The notes: generated by a model from the letters alone, not told the origin. Positions 54,153 to 64,000 are shown, counted from the first letter of the stretch. The stretch is 64,000 bases of DNA from Clostridia bacterium (GCA_045541035.1 JAZQII010000049.1:12225-76224), one strand, 5' to 3'. Numbers and translations are program-made.

Positions 54153-54361
54153 TGGAATTTCTTTTAATGTTGATTTTAAACGCTTTATGGATTGGTATTT
54201 GCTTTGCTTGCATAATTGCAGGAATATCTTTGGGAATTAAACGGCAGAAAACAATAGAACCAATACCGATAAGCGAAGAGGAAAAAAAGAAACGTGAAAG
54301 AGAAGACCGTGAACTAAAAAATTTTTGGACTTATAACGGCGATGTACAAGCCGATAAGTAA
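54152..54361 (+). CDS. small membrane protein
   Basis: 69 aa from ATG 54152 (overlaps the terL stop). One TM helix followed by a K/E-rich tail. Confidence 0.45.
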   Translation: MEFLLMLILNALWIGICFACIIAGISLGIKRQKTIEPIPISEEEKKKREREDRELKNFWTYNGDVQADK

Positions 54362-54404
54362 TATTTAATATATGCCCCAACCATAGGGCAGAAAGGATGT
54401 AACA

Positions 54405-55187
54405 ATGGAACAAAATACCGATGTAATGGAAGCCACCATGCAACCTGAAGCAGAGGAAATGTCTTCTGAAACAATAGATAACGAAACCCAACCACAGGAA
54501 TCTGAAGAAATTGAAGAAGAGGATAATGGCGCGGAAGTTCTTGATGAATCAAAAGATGTTCTTCCGTTTGTTGTAAGATATAATCATAAAGATAGGGAAT
54601 TATCACGTGAGGAAGCTGTTGATTTTGCCCAAAAAGGGATGAAATTGGACAGTTTATCACCAATGCTTGATGATTTATCGTATTTAGCGGCAATCAAAGG
54701 GAAAAACCCGCAGGAATTGATTAAAGAGTACATACAAACAGAAGAAGATCTGCATAAAAGTGAAATCATTGATAACATTGGCAGCGATAAGAAAGAAATA
54801 GTCGATGTGCTTATGGAAAAATACAGAACTGAAAACAGATCTAAATTTGAAAAAGCGAAGAACGAGCGCAAGCAGGCTGAAGAAGCAGAGGAAAAAAAGG
54901 CGATAGAAACGCTTGAAAGCAGAATAGCTGATGAGTTTGTTGAGTTAAAAACCTATGTTCCAAGCATTCAGAGTCTTTCAGATGTCCCCAAGGATGTCTT
55001 AAAAGAAGCTGAAAAAGGAAAAAACCTTTGCGATGCATATCTGCGATATCAGCAAAAAGAAAAAGAACGAATTGACAGCGCAAGGCAGACGGCGGCAAAC
55101 AATTCGCAATCTTCTGCCGGAAGAATTAACGGTGATACTGAAAATGATCCGGCAGCAATGGCACTTTTAAACAGTCTGCGATCATAA
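54405..55187 (+). CDS. putative capsid scaffolding protein
   Basis: 260 aa, very acidic and helical. Immediately upstream of the capsid gene. Confidence 0.5.
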   Translation: MEQNTDVMEATMQPEAEEMSSETIDNETQPQESEEIEEEDNGAEVLDESKDVLPFVVRYNHKDRELSREEAVDFAQKGMKLDSLSPMLDDLSYLAAIKGKNPQELIKEYIQTEEDLHKSEIIDNIGSDKKEIVDVLMEKYRTENRSKFEKAKNERKQAEEAEEKKAIETLESRIADEFVELKTYVPSIQSLSDVPKDVLKEAEKGKNLCDAYLRYQQKEKERIDSARQTAANNSQSSAGRINGDTENDPAAMALLNSLRS

Positions 55188-55207
55188 AAAAAGGAGAAAA
55201 ATAATAT

Positions 55208-56113
55208 ATGGCACTTAATTCAATAGCATATGCTCAGAAATATGCTTCTGAGCTTGACAACATCATAATACAGAAATCGGCAACGGGCTTTTTGGCTGAT
55301 AATGCGCTTGCAGCAAAATTTGTAGGCGCAAAAACTGTACTCATTCCTGATATTGATTTTGTAGGTCTTGGCGATTATGATCGCGATAATGGCTTTCCTC
55401 AGGGTAAGATTACCGTTGCCAATACATCCTATCAGCTTTCAAAGGACAGAGGCAGAGAACTTCAACTTGACAGAATGGATATGGATGAAACCGGTATTGC
55501 AGGACTTGCAGGAAAGACACTTAAGGAATTTGTGCGCACTCAAGTTATTCCTGAAATGGACGCATACGTTATTTCAAAACTTGCTGGTGTAGCAACAAGC
55601 AAGGGACATACGGAAACGTATGCAGAGAGCACCGTATATAAGACGTTTGTAAAATTAACAAACAGTGTTCAGGCGCAGGCAGGCTTTGACGAAGAGCTGG
55701 TTTGCTTTATGGATCCCAATGCCTATGCGGCGCTTATGAATACATCTGAACTTCAGAGAATGATCATCACTTCTGATTTCAAACAGGGCAACGTTGACAT
55801 TAAGGTTAAGAAGATCAATGACGTTGCAATTATTCCCGTAGCGGCCGATCGCATGAAGAGCATGTATGTGTTTGATGCCGGCGCAGGCACAGAAGCAGGC
55901 GGTTTTACTCCTGCAGAAGGTGCAAAGACAGTTCATATGCTTGTAATGCCCAAGAGTGGTGCAAGTCTTGTTAAAAAGACAGAACAGCTTCGAATCTTTA
56001 CACCTAATCAGAACACAGATGCAGATGCATATCTCTTCCAGTACAGACTTTATTATGATGTTTTCGTTAAGAAGAGCAGATTAAATCATATTTATGCTGC
56101 ATTTGAAGGCTAA
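55208..56113 (+). CDS. putative major capsid protein
   Basis: 301 aa. Strong RBS AAAGGAG. Followed by a strong terminator, the usual signature of a highly expressed capsid gene. Position follows the scaffold-like gene. Confidence 0.6.
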   Translation: MALNSIAYAQKYASELDNIIIQKSATGFLADNALAAKFVGAKTVLIPDIDFVGLGDYDRDNGFPQGKITVANTSYQLSKDRGRELQLDRMDMDETGIAGLAGKTLKEFVRTQVIPEMDAYVISKLAGVATSKGHTETYAESTVYKTFVKLTNSVQAQAGFDEELVCFMDPNAYAALMNTSELQRMIITSDFKQGNVDIKVKKINDVAIIPVAADRMKSMYVFDAGAGTEAGGFTPAEGAKTVHMLVMPKSGASLVKKTEQLRIFTPNQNTDADAYLFQYRLYYDVFVKKSRLNHIYAAFEG

Positions 56114-56130
56114 AGTAAATTAAAGAATAA

Positions 56131-56159
56131 AAGGACTTCACGTTGCTGAAGTCCTTTTT
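56131..56159 (+). terminator. intrinsic terminator after the capsid gene
   Basis: AAGGACTTCA / TGAAGTCCTT 10-bp stem followed by a T-run. Confidence 0.75.
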
Positions 56160-56180
56160 ATATTATAGGAGGATATTTTT

Positions 56181-56423
56181 ATGAAACTTATAAGTGAATA
56201 TGGAAACGAAATCGTTGAAACTGATGATATCAATAAAATTGAAAGGCTTAAATCATTAAATTTCAGAGAAGTGGCAGAAGTCAAAATAAAAGAAATAAAA
56301 GATGATAAGGAATCTAAAGAAGAAAAAAACAATATAAGTTCGTCAAAGAAAACACAAAACAAAAAAGTAAACCCTTCAACAAAAGGAAGGAGCAAGAAAA
56401 ATGGAAATAAAAAAGAAGCCTAA
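56181..56423 (+). CDS. Lys-rich small phage protein
   Basis: 80 aa. AGGAGG RBS. Confidence 0.5.
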   Translation: MKLISEYGNEIVETDDINKIERLKSLNFREVAEVKIKEIKDDKESKEEKNNISSSKKTQNKKVNPSTKGRSKKNGNKKEA

Positions 56424-58200
56424 CGAAATATTTAAAGAATATGAGCAAGGCACAGAATTTAAAAACTCTATTGGAAATAGAGGAATCTATGAACAAAGCA
56501 AAATGAACGAGCGTTTTTATGTGGGCGATCAATGGCACGGTGTAAATGCAGGCAATACAAGACCATTAGTGCGCCGAAACATTATAAAGCGCATCGGTGA
56601 ATATAAAATATCTTCAATCAGTGCAAGTCCCGTTACTGTTAATTATTCCGCAGACGGTATCCCAAACACTGTGGATATGAAAGAAACAATAGATAAAACA
56701 AAAAAAGAAATGTTTAGCGGTAGCGTTCCGCAGGGTGAAATAACAAACGAAGAAATTGACGTTGTTATGGATGCGCTTACAGTTTACGAAAAGGTTACGG
56801 CAGAGCGTTTAAAGTTTACGGACCTTGTTACAGAACTTGCAAAAAATGCGTATATTTCGGGAACGTCGTTTCTTTATACTTATTGGGATTCATCGATCGA
56901 AACGGGATTGTTTGCTGATCAAGGGAAAACAACTTCTATTAAGGGCGATATTAACTGTCAGATACTTAACGTTGAAAACGTTATTTTGGGCGATCCTAAC
57001 AACAACGATATACAAAGTCAGCCGTATATCATTATTTCGGAGCGCAAGCCTTTAAGCGTGGTAAAACGTGAAGCAAAGCAGAACAGACTTAAAGAAGCAG
57101 ATGTTGAATCAATCACTGCAGACGAAGGCGCGGAATATAATGCCGGTGATTGGGGCGAGAAAGAGCCTTCCGAGAACACAAGAGTAACGGTATTAACAAA
57201 GTTCTGGAAGGAATATGACAACGATGGGAATAAATACAAAATCAAGGCTATTCGCGTTACAGAAAAGGCGGTTATCCGTCCTGAATGGGATATGAATATA
57301 CGTTTATATCCCCTTGCAAAATTTGTATGGTTACCCCGTTTTTCTTGCGGTTATGGCGACAGCGAAATAACATACTTGATCCCCAACCAGATTGCCATTA
57401 ACCGTGCACTTTCTTCAGCGGTATGGTCTGCAATGATTACGGGTATGCCGAAAACGGTAGTTAATAGAGATCTTATATTAGATCCCGTAACTAATGATCC
57501 GGGGCAAATAATCAACCTAAACGCAGGAACAGACTATGATGTGCAAAGAGCGATAGCATACATTCAGCCTCCGCAGTTTACATCACAACTACAGAACGTT
57601 GTTGCAGACATTGCAAACAGTACGCTTTCGGATTCGGGCGCAAATGATGCCGCATTAGGTGATTTAAGACCTGATAATGCATCGGCAATTATTGCCATGC
57701 GTGAAGCCGCACTTATGCCTATGCAGGTATATCAAAATAGATTCTATTCGTGTATTGAAGATATTGCACGTATATGGGCTGACTTTTGGCTGAATATGTA
57801 CGGAGAAAGACCTTTAAAGATTCAGGATAAGAACGGAACACAGTATTTGCCGTTTAATGCTGAACGTTATAAGTCGCTTATTGTCAATGCTCGCGTTGAC
57901 GTTGGCGCATCTACACTGTGGGGCGAATCCGTTGTTATTGCTTCTTTAGGCAATCTTTTGCAGTCGGGTATTATAACGCCTATTCAGTATCTTGAACGTA
58001 TACCCAAAGGAACTATACCCGATATTACGGGACTTATTGATTCACTAAAAGAAGCACAAATGCAAAATGCGCAGGCTAAAGAGGACTTTATTGTTCAGTT
58101 CGCACAAACTCATCCACAAGAGTATGAAGCATTTAAGCAAATGCCTGCAAGTGAACAAGAAAAACTTCTTGATCAGTATATGAAAGGCGGTATAGCATGA
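56401..58200 (+). CDS. putative portal protein
   Basis: 599 aa. The segment CGYGDSEITYLIPNQIAINRALSSAVWSAMITGMPKTVVN resembles the conserved core of podovirus (T7 gp8-like) portals as I recall it. Confidence 0.55.
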   Translation: MEIKKKPNEIFKEYEQGTEFKNSIGNRGIYEQSKMNERFYVGDQWHGVNAGNTRPLVRRNIIKRIGEYKISSISASPVTVNYSADGIPNTVDMKETIDKTKKEMFSGSVPQGEITNEEIDVVMDALTVYEKVTAERLKFTDLVTELAKNAYISGTSFLYTYWDSSIETGLFADQGKTTSIKGDINCQILNVENVILGDPNNNDIQSQPYIIISERKPLSVVKREAKQNRLKEADVESITADEGAEYNAGDWGEKEPSENTRVTVLTKFWKEYDNDGNKYKIKAIRVTEKAVIRPEWDMNIRLYPLAKFVWLPRFSCGYGDSEITYLIPNQIAINRALSSAVWSAMITGMPKTVVNRDLILDPVTNDPGQIINLNAGTDYDVQRAIAYIQPPQFTSQLQNVVADIANSTLSDSGANDAALGDLRPDNASAIIAMREAALMPMQVYQNRFYSCIEDIARIWADFWLNMYGERPLKIQDKNGTQYLPFNAERYKSLIVNARVDVGASTLWGESVVIASLGNLLQSGIITPIQYLERIPKGTIPDITGLIDSLKEAQMQNAQAKEDFIVQFAQTHPQEYEAFKQMPASEQEKLLDQYMKGGIA

Positions 58201-58559
58201 CGGCAGACAAAGTTATAAAAAGAGCAATCGAGATGCTCGGTCTAAATGACATATACGGAAGCACGGGAGATGCACGTTTACAGACTGCATCTCTATCCGC
58301 GCTTAACACGGTATATGCTGATTTATTTTATCTTAAAAATACAGACGGATTTCAGGAAATATCGGATATTTCAGAGCCTTTAAGCCTTGATGAAAGAACG
58401 TTATACAACGTTATGCCCTACGGCGTGGCGGCGTATATAGCGCAAAGTTTAGGCGATACTGACAGTCAGCAGTTTTTCTCTATTCTTTATAACTCCAAAA
58501 GAAAAACGGTAGTAAATACAAGCACCATTCAGGACATGTTACCTGCAATAGAGGGGTGA
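58197..58559 (+). CDS. virion-associated hypothetical protein
   Basis: 120 aa. ATGA overlap with the portal gene. Confidence 0.5.
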   Translation: MTADKVIKRAIEMLGLNDIYGSTGDARLQTASLSALNTVYADLFYLKNTDGFQEISDISEPLSLDERTLYNVMPYGVAAYIAQSLGDTDSQQFFSILYNSKRKTVVNTSTIQDMLPAIEG

Positions 58560-58563
58560 TTAA

Positions 58564-60834
58564 ATGATTCCGGTTATGAACAGACGGGGAACATATCAAT
58601 TAAAAATTCCCGAACTTTCGGGCGGATTAAATCTGCGCGACGGTGTGAGCCTTGTTAATGACAATCAATTAACAGACGTAAAAAACATGTGGTATAAAGA
58701 CGGAATCTTGCGAACAAGACCGATGTTGCGCGAAAATGAAAATTATACCTTGATCCCACGAACAGAAAACGGCGCAATTTCAACCAATCCCATGAATAAC
58801 ACGCGTATAAACGATAAAGTGTATTATTTAGAAATGGTTAAAGGTACAGATCTTGCCAGTAGCGTAGAGCGCATATTATTAAAATATGTCAGCGCAAACG
58901 ATGAAATTGACTTAGGATATATCGATGTTGAAGCAAAATCGTCAGCGCTTGCCATAACTCACAATGGAAACATTTATGTATATACACACGGTGAAAATAC
59001 AAATGAAATATACATTGTTGAATGGGTTTCGGAAGGGGTTTATAATTCCCCGCGAAAAGTTGCAGAAACAGAAATATATACACCTTTAGTTCTTACCAAT
59101 ATTTGGAGTTGCTACAACGTGGGCGGTGATGCACAGTCTTTAATAAAAAACGGTGCTACACAAGTCGAGGGTTTCAACCTTTTGGGAAATCGATATAAAA
59201 TGCAAGGTTCGTTATACGATGCTTCGGAAAACGGAAACATAGAAGTTACCGATCAAGACGGAAACGTAATAGATACGGTTTCGTACATGGAATATGGAGT
59301 GCCCTTTACTCCGCATAATTTAAGTTATAATGCGCTTATTTATTTAACGTACACAGATGTAAAAGGTATTGAACATAAACACTCGGTGCAATGTCCAAGA
59401 ACGGGAATAATCGCACCTTGTATTGAAACAAGCGCATCACAAGCAAATGCCAAAGATGATTATTGGCTTCATTCAATTATTAGGAACGGTATTATTCATA
59501 TAATATTAAATAAAAGCAATGATATAAATAATTATGCTCCTGAAACAATTAAACGTGCAGAATATGTCAACAATAACATGATTATTGATGCACCGTGCGA
59601 AAACCCTCAATCAAATTGGGAAAAAGTAACGGGCATGACACAAGCGGTATGGTACGGAAATACTTCTCTTGGAATTAACGGTGGAAGCAGATTGTTTTTA
59701 GGCGGTAACGTTAAAGATCAAGAACAAGCACTTGTTGTTTGGAGTGATTTTGAAAATCCTTTGTATTTTTCCGAAAATAACTATGCTTACGTTGGCGACA
59801 AGTCGCAAAGAGTAACGGCATTTGGCAGACAAGGCGCAAGCCTTATCGTGTTTAAAGAAAACGAAATATATTCAACACAATATACGCAAGGCGAAGTGAC
59901 GGCAGAAGAACTTGTAAATCAAACGGCAATAGATATCACAACTCGCATGGCTTACTTCCCGATGGTTTTAATTCATTCGGTTATTGGTTGCGACTGTCCG
60001 CGTACTGTGCAATTATGCCGAAATCGTTTAGTGTTCGCCAATTCATCAGGCAGAGTGTATACGCTTACCGGGCAGAACCAATATTCAGAGCGTAACGTTT
60101 ACGAAGTTTCTGAAATGATTTCAAATAGGCTTAAAACCGAAAAAAACCTACAAATGGCACACGCCGTAGATTGGGACGGTAAATATATCCTATTTGTTAA
60201 TAATAACGCTTATTTAATGGATTATAACAGTTACGGATTTGAAAACATCTCGTCTTATACAAGGCAAAGCGATGCCAATATGCTTTTGCCCTGGTGGATA
60301 TGGGAACTTCCTATAACTCCCAAAAACATAACAACGCTTAATGAAACAATAATACTTACTGATATTAAGGAATGGTATGAAGTTGCGGAAAGCGCAGGGT
60401 GGTTTTCAATACACAAGTATCATATTACCGGGGAGAACGGAAAAGATATTTTATATCGTTCAAGTTTCAACGGTACAACGCTTACACGTCAGAAATATGA
60501 TAGCGATGTATTGGCAATGATACAGACTAAAATATTTGATTTTAACGAACAATCCGCATATAAAAACATTATAAAAGTAAACGTTGCTTTCGGCAATAAT
60601 AACGGTGTTCCCGTTTTGGTTAAGTTTATATCAGAAGTAACTAAAACAGATGAACACATAGTGAATGTAAACGGCGCAGAAACAACTCTCCGTGAGCCTG
60701 CGCATATAAAAAATAAAGCGTTTATTCCTTACACAAGAATATGTTCCCGTTTCGGGATCAGAATTGAATCTACAAGTGGAATGGAATTAGACGGAATAAC
60801 TTTAAATTACAGAATGGCAGGGGGTATAAAATAA
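58564..60834 (+). CDS. large virion structural protein (tail/adaptor candidate)
   Basis: 756 aa. GAGGGG RBS. Located in the structural operon. Confidence 0.5.
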   Translation: MIPVMNRRGTYQLKIPELSGGLNLRDGVSLVNDNQLTDVKNMWYKDGILRTRPMLRENENYTLIPRTENGAISTNPMNNTRINDKVYYLEMVKGTDLASSVERILLKYVSANDEIDLGYIDVEAKSSALAITHNGNIYVYTHGENTNEIYIVEWVSEGVYNSPRKVAETEIYTPLVLTNIWSCYNVGGDAQSLIKNGATQVEGFNLLGNRYKMQGSLYDASENGNIEVTDQDGNVIDTVSYMEYGVPFTPHNLSYNALIYLTYTDVKGIEHKHSVQCPRTGIIAPCIETSASQANAKDDYWLHSIIRNGIIHIILNKSNDINNYAPETIKRAEYVNNNMIIDAPCENPQSNWEKVTGMTQAVWYGNTSLGINGGSRLFLGGNVKDQEQALVVWSDFENPLYFSENNYAYVGDKSQRVTAFGRQGASLIVFKENEIYSTQYTQGEVTAEELVNQTAIDITTRMAYFPMVLIHSVIGCDCPRTVQLCRNRLVFANSSGRVYTLTGQNQYSERNVYEVSEMISNRLKTEKNLQMAHAVDWDGKYILFVNNNAYLMDYNSYGFENISSYTRQSDANMLLPWWIWELPITPKNITTLNETIILTDIKEWYEVAESAGWFSIHKYHITGENGKDILYRSSFNGTTLTRQKYDSDVLAMIQTKIFDFNEQSAYKNIIKVNVAFGNNNGVPVLVKFISEVTKTDEHIVNVNGAETTLREPAHIKNKAFIPYTRICSRFGIRIESTSGMELDGITLNYRMAGGIK

Positions 60835-60835
60835 T

Positions 60836-61762
60836 ATGGCGTTAAGTTCTTATTATCGTCAATATGATGCACAAAACCTTGATGCTTTAAATCAGCAAAA
60901 GGAAATAATAAATCAAACTGCGGATTCATCAATAAAAATGATTGAAGATGCAGGCAATGCACAGATCAAAGAAGCGGAGCACGCCTATGATGGCGTTATA
61001 AACACCGCCAATGTGCAGAAACTTATAAATGAGCGCGCAGTTGCCGAAAGAATGTCAAACATGGGATTAACAGATTCAGGCTTAAACCGAACACAGCAGA
61101 CGGCTATAGAATTAAGTCGTTCTAACGCAATAAATAATGCAATGATCGCACGCCAAAAACAAGTTGACGCCATTGCTCTTGCTGTTCGTCAGCAAGTAGG
61201 ACAACTTAACATTCAGCGAAACAACGATATTATGAACGCAGACCTTACATATAATGCAAATAAAAATTCCTGGGCATCAAGTATGTATGATGCAGATCAG
61301 CAGGCAGCGGCGGCAAGATATAAGGCGCAGTTGGACAATAATGCGAAAATAAACGACAACCAAACAAAAGCACGAGAAGCACTTATAGGAATATTAGATG
61401 ATATTGATATATCTGACGATGCAAAAAAAGCATATACATCCAATTATTATTCAACATATGGGGAAGATCCTATAATTGATTCATATTATAATAATTTGTT
61501 CCCTGATGTTGAGAAACAAACCGCGCACGAAACAGAAAGTCTGTATGCTTCATATGATGCAAAATACAACGAAAATATTGATAAAGTCGTTGCAGATACT
61601 ACGGCGGCCAAAAAGCTTGTAGCGCAAATGCCAACATATGCAAAAAATCTTGAAGAAGCAATCGAATGGATAAAAGAGTTGTATGGAGACGGAAACAGAG
61701 GAATAAGTAGAGAGTTGGCTCAATACCTTGTAAGATATGCAAATTCAAGATATTCAGCATGA
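60836..61762 (+). CDS. Q/N/A-rich coiled-coil virion protein
   Basis: 308 aa. One-nt gap from the upstream stop. Confidence 0.5.
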   Translation: MALSSYYRQYDAQNLDALNQQKEIINQTADSSIKMIEDAGNAQIKEAEHAYDGVINTANVQKLINERAVAERMSNMGLTDSGLNRTQQTAIELSRSNAINNAMIARQKQVDAIALAVRQQVGQLNIQRNNDIMNADLTYNANKNSWASSMYDADQQAAAARYKAQLDNNAKINDNQTKAREALIGILDDIDISDDAKKAYTSNYYSTYGEDPIIDSYYNNLFPDVEKQTAHETESLYASYDAKYNENIDKVVADTTAAKKLVAQMPTYAKNLEEAIEWIKELYGDGNRGISRELAQYLVRYANSRYSA

Positions 61763-61792
61763 AAATTTTAAGAAAAAAGGAAATAAATAAAA

Positions 61793-64000
61793 ATGTCAAT
61801 GTCTTTTGAAGAGATTTTAGAAAAAGAGAAAGCGTATGCACAAAGAACAAAAGCACCAACTTTTGATGAAATTTTAAAAAGCGCAAGTACAAAAAGGAGA
61901 GCAACACAAGCGGATCAAAAAATATTAGACGATGCAACGTCTTATGCAAAAAATGTATTTAATGATTATAAGACGGATTTTTCTGCACTTAATTTTAATT
62001 CTTCAAAGAGGATGTCGGAAAAATACAACAACTATCTTCAGGAATATGCAAAAAAGGCAGAGAATGCAAAAAACTTGTTGATGTATATTGATGTTGATGA
62101 TGTTCAAAGAAGGGAAATTCTTAAGGGGTTGGATGAAACATTATCCGCAATCAATAAAATTAACGTATCTGTAGATTTCTATTCGCAGTTTGCGAACGAG
62201 GAAGAATATAAACAATCGATGGAATTTTCAGAACTTTCATCTGATGAAAAGAAAGCTTATATTGAAAAACGTAAAAAAGATGCGGAATATTTTGGAAAGA
62301 TACTTGACCGTTATGAGCGTTCGAAATATGAAAACTATTCCATAGACATCGGCGAGTCACCGGTTGCAGGTCCGCAAGGGTTAATAAAAGAACTTGAAGC
62401 TGTAGGAATAGGTACGGGAGATCTTCAAATTGTAAACGGAGATGTGCAGAAATTTGAAGAAGATGCCTATAAAAAGTATGAGCAAATAAAGGCTGAAATT
62501 GGAAGTTATGAAAGTACAATGGAAGCATTAAAGTTCGCTCAAAACGTTTCAGACTTTAAGGAAAAATTGACTACTGACGGACTTGTTGCGGAATGGGAAC
62601 AAAACGGATCGAAAGATTATTCCGCACATTTGTCTAATTCGTCAGAAATGTTTGAAGATGAAAAAATCGTTTATAATGTTCTTGCGCGTCGCGCAGGACA
62701 AATAATAAACGTTTATGATGACGGACGTGTTGAAATTGCAGATGGAAAATATGTAAAACTTTATAAAAAGCAACAGCGCAAAGGTTTGACTGATTCCGAA
62801 ATGGCATTACAATTGGGTGTTTCCACAAAAGAATATAAGGAAAAAGTTGCGGATGCTGCGGAATTTGTTGAATTTAAAAAGAAACTTGAAGATTATGCAA
62901 ATCAGAGAAAAGGAATAAAAATTGCGGAAAATCTTGATGGGAAATTACTGTTGCAAGAATTATACGGGATTGTATCCGGCGCAGAAACATGGCTTTCAGG
63001 AATGCAATCATTAGTTACGGGCGAAAGCAAAAATTCCGCAACAGACTACGCTTCAGCGTTAATTAAAGAAGATATTAAATCAGGCTATGGAGTATGGTCA
63101 CCGTTTTGGGGTGGTGCTTACGATACAAATGTTTCCATAGGACAAATGGTTCCTTCCATTGCTATCTCGTATGTTGTGGGCGGTGCAGCCGGTGCGCTTG
63201 GTGCATCAACAAAAGGGGCACAGTTAGCGGGAAATATTGCCTTTAAGACTTCTTTTGGCGGTTCTGTTTATGGTAATGCATACACAGAAATGATAAATGC
63301 AGGGTACAAACCTACACAAGCCAAAACGTTTGCATCCTTATCGGCGGCATCAGAAGTATTTCTTCAGGATATGCTTGGTGGTATCGGAAAGTTTTCCGGT
63401 AAATTAACAAATGTATCAATTAAAGCAGTTGCAGATAATATAGATAATGCATTTGCGCGAATTGCTGTTTCAGGAGTACTTGAGGGACTTGGTGAGTTTA
63501 CCGAAGAATCGTTACAAGAAATTCTTAATCCTATTTATAAAAGCATTATAACCGGCAACGTTGAACCTATTGATTGGGGTAATGTTTTATATTCAGGCAT
63601 TCTTGGCTTTGCTACGTCGGCAGTAATGAACGGTCCAGGATACGTAAAGCAAGGAGTGTCAACAGCAATAAGCAAATGGAAACAAAATGAATTTAAGATA
63701 ACAAAAAAAGGTGTTAAACTTTTGAATGTATCAGAAGAGGTGTATTCTTTAGCAAATTCTATGCCTGAATACACAACGTCTTATAAATTATCTGAAATTG
63801 TACGTAAAAAAGGCAACGCTTATAATCTTGTTTCGGAACTTGCATATTTGGAAAAGCCTATTACGGATGATGTAGCAAATACCATTAAAAGCAATCTTCT
63901 AAATGAAGGATATTCCGAAGAAGTTGCGAGTGGGTTGGTTAATTCACTTAAAAAAGTATCTTCAGGCGGTAATGTTACCATGTTGCAAAAGCAAGCGATT
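61793..64000 (+). CDS. very large virion protein (tape-measure-like or internal/ejection protein), 3' end outside window
   Basis: Hand translation from ATG 61793 stays open to nt 64000 (more than 735 aa). Contains Gly/Ala-rich hydrophobic stretches (VVGGAAGALGASTKGAQLAGNIAF..., GVLEGLGEF...). It is absent from the track because it has no stop in the window. Confidence 0.6.
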   Translation, partial: MSMSFEEILEKEKAYAQRTKAPTFDEILKSASTKRRATQADQKILDDATSYAKNVFNDYKTDFSALNFNSSKRMSEKYNNYLQEYAKKAENAKNLLMYIDVDDVQRREILKGLDETLSAINKINVSVDFYSQFANEEEYKQSMEFSELSSDEKKAYIEKRKKDAEYFGKILDRYERSKYENYSIDIGESPVAGPQGLIKELEAVGIGTGDLQIVNGDVQKFEEDAYKKYEQIKAEIGSYESTMEALKFAQNVSDFKEKLTTDGLVAEWEQNGSKDYSAHLSNSSEMFEDEKIVYNVLARRAGQIINVYDDGRVEIADGKYVKLYKKQQRKGLTDSEMALQLGVSTKEYKEKVADAAEFVEFKKKLEDYANQRKGIKIAENLDGKLLLQELYGIVSGAETWLSGMQSLVTGESKNSATDYASALIKEDIKSGYGVWSPFWGGAYDTNVSIGQMVPSIAISYVVGGAAGALGASTKGAQLAGNIAFKTSFGGSVYGNAYTEMINAGYKPTQAKTFASLSAASEVFLQDMLGGIGKFSGKLTNVSIKAVADNIDNAFARIAVSGVLEGLGEFTEESLQEILNPIYKSIITGNVEPIDWGNVLYSGILGFATSAVMNGPGYVKQGVSTAISKWKQNEFKITKKGVKLLNVSEEVYSLANSMPEYTTSYKLSEIVRKKGNAYNLVSELAYLEKPITDDVANTIKSNLLNEGYSEEVASGLVNSLKKVSSGGNVTMLQKQAI

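Larger units (their letters stand above)
40198..64000. mobile_element. integrated temperate phage (prophage), right end beyond the window
   Basis: The integrase abuts tRNA-Tyr. It is followed by a CI/Cro switch, a replication module, terminase, capsid, portal and large virion proteins, all contiguous to the window edge. Confidence 0.9.

Noticed and set aside
61599-63774. Minus-strand track ORFs 61599-61949, 62160-62528, 62634-62828 and 63535-63774
   Set aside because: They are shadows of the giant plus-strand ORF, which is open from 61793 to the window edge.
1-64000. CRISPR arrays, rRNA genes, IS elements or transposases, and known defence operons (RM, Abi with recognisable domains, CBASS, retrons)
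   Set aside because: Reading both strands, I found no regularly spaced direct repeats, no rRNA-like sequence, no transposase-like ORF and no signature domains. I cannot exclude remote homologues among the hypothetical phage proteins without HMM searches.

Overview
This 64-kb window comes from a low-GC, Gram-positive chromosome that looks Clostridia-like. It splits into chromosomal backbone and an integrated temperate phage.

**Backbone (nt 1 to about 40,200).**
- An Etf-coupled FAD dehydrogenase cluster of the lctBCD type.
- A cation/proton antiporter.
- An operon of two membrane proteins plus an M20 peptidase.
- A 1772-aa secreted GH78 alpha-L-rhamnosidase with a divergent AraC regulator.
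- asnA, tRNA-Lys/Gly, a DUF1540 gene, a DUF2975-HTH-polytopic membrane operon and tRNA-Trp.
- The conserved block ung - deacetylase - M16 peptidase - ftsK - rimO - pgsA - cinA(C) - recA - hslO - THUMP methyltransferase.
- A five-tRNA operon (Glu, CAT-anticodon, Phe, Thr, Tyr).

**Prophage (directly after tRNA-Tyr to the window edge).** Its right end is not in the window. In order it carries:
- A tyrosine integrase and two lysogeny-oriented moron genes.
- A CI(S24)/Cro switch with repeated palindromic operators.
- An early/replication module: NinB-like, HNH, SSB, DUF4373 replisome organizer, two YopX paralogs, ASCH and many overlap-coupled micro-ORFs.
- A late activator, terS/terL, scaffold, capsid and portal, then large virion proteins.

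**Most interesting observations.** All are unverified and rest on reading the sequence only.
1. At 44125-44570 a non-coding cassette sits in the phage immunity/early region. A 24/25-identical 25-nt inverted repeat brackets it exactly. It contains a near-consensus minus-strand promoter, a roughly 280-nt transcript rich in helices, and two to three tandem intrinsic terminators whose G-U pairs exist only on the minus strand. It lies upstream of a 132-aa membrane protein gene.
2. At 41406-41521 a perfect-consensus promoter and a strong terminator delimit a roughly 78-nt sRNA. It is antisense to the junction between the moron operon and int.
3. At 24205-24353, downstream of tRNA-Trp, there is an array of six short ATAT-flanked hairpins. 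Its promoter-bearing 3' end is duplicated around a small gene.

I could not assign any of these to a known family. I found no CRISPR array, no rRNA and no obvious known defence system.
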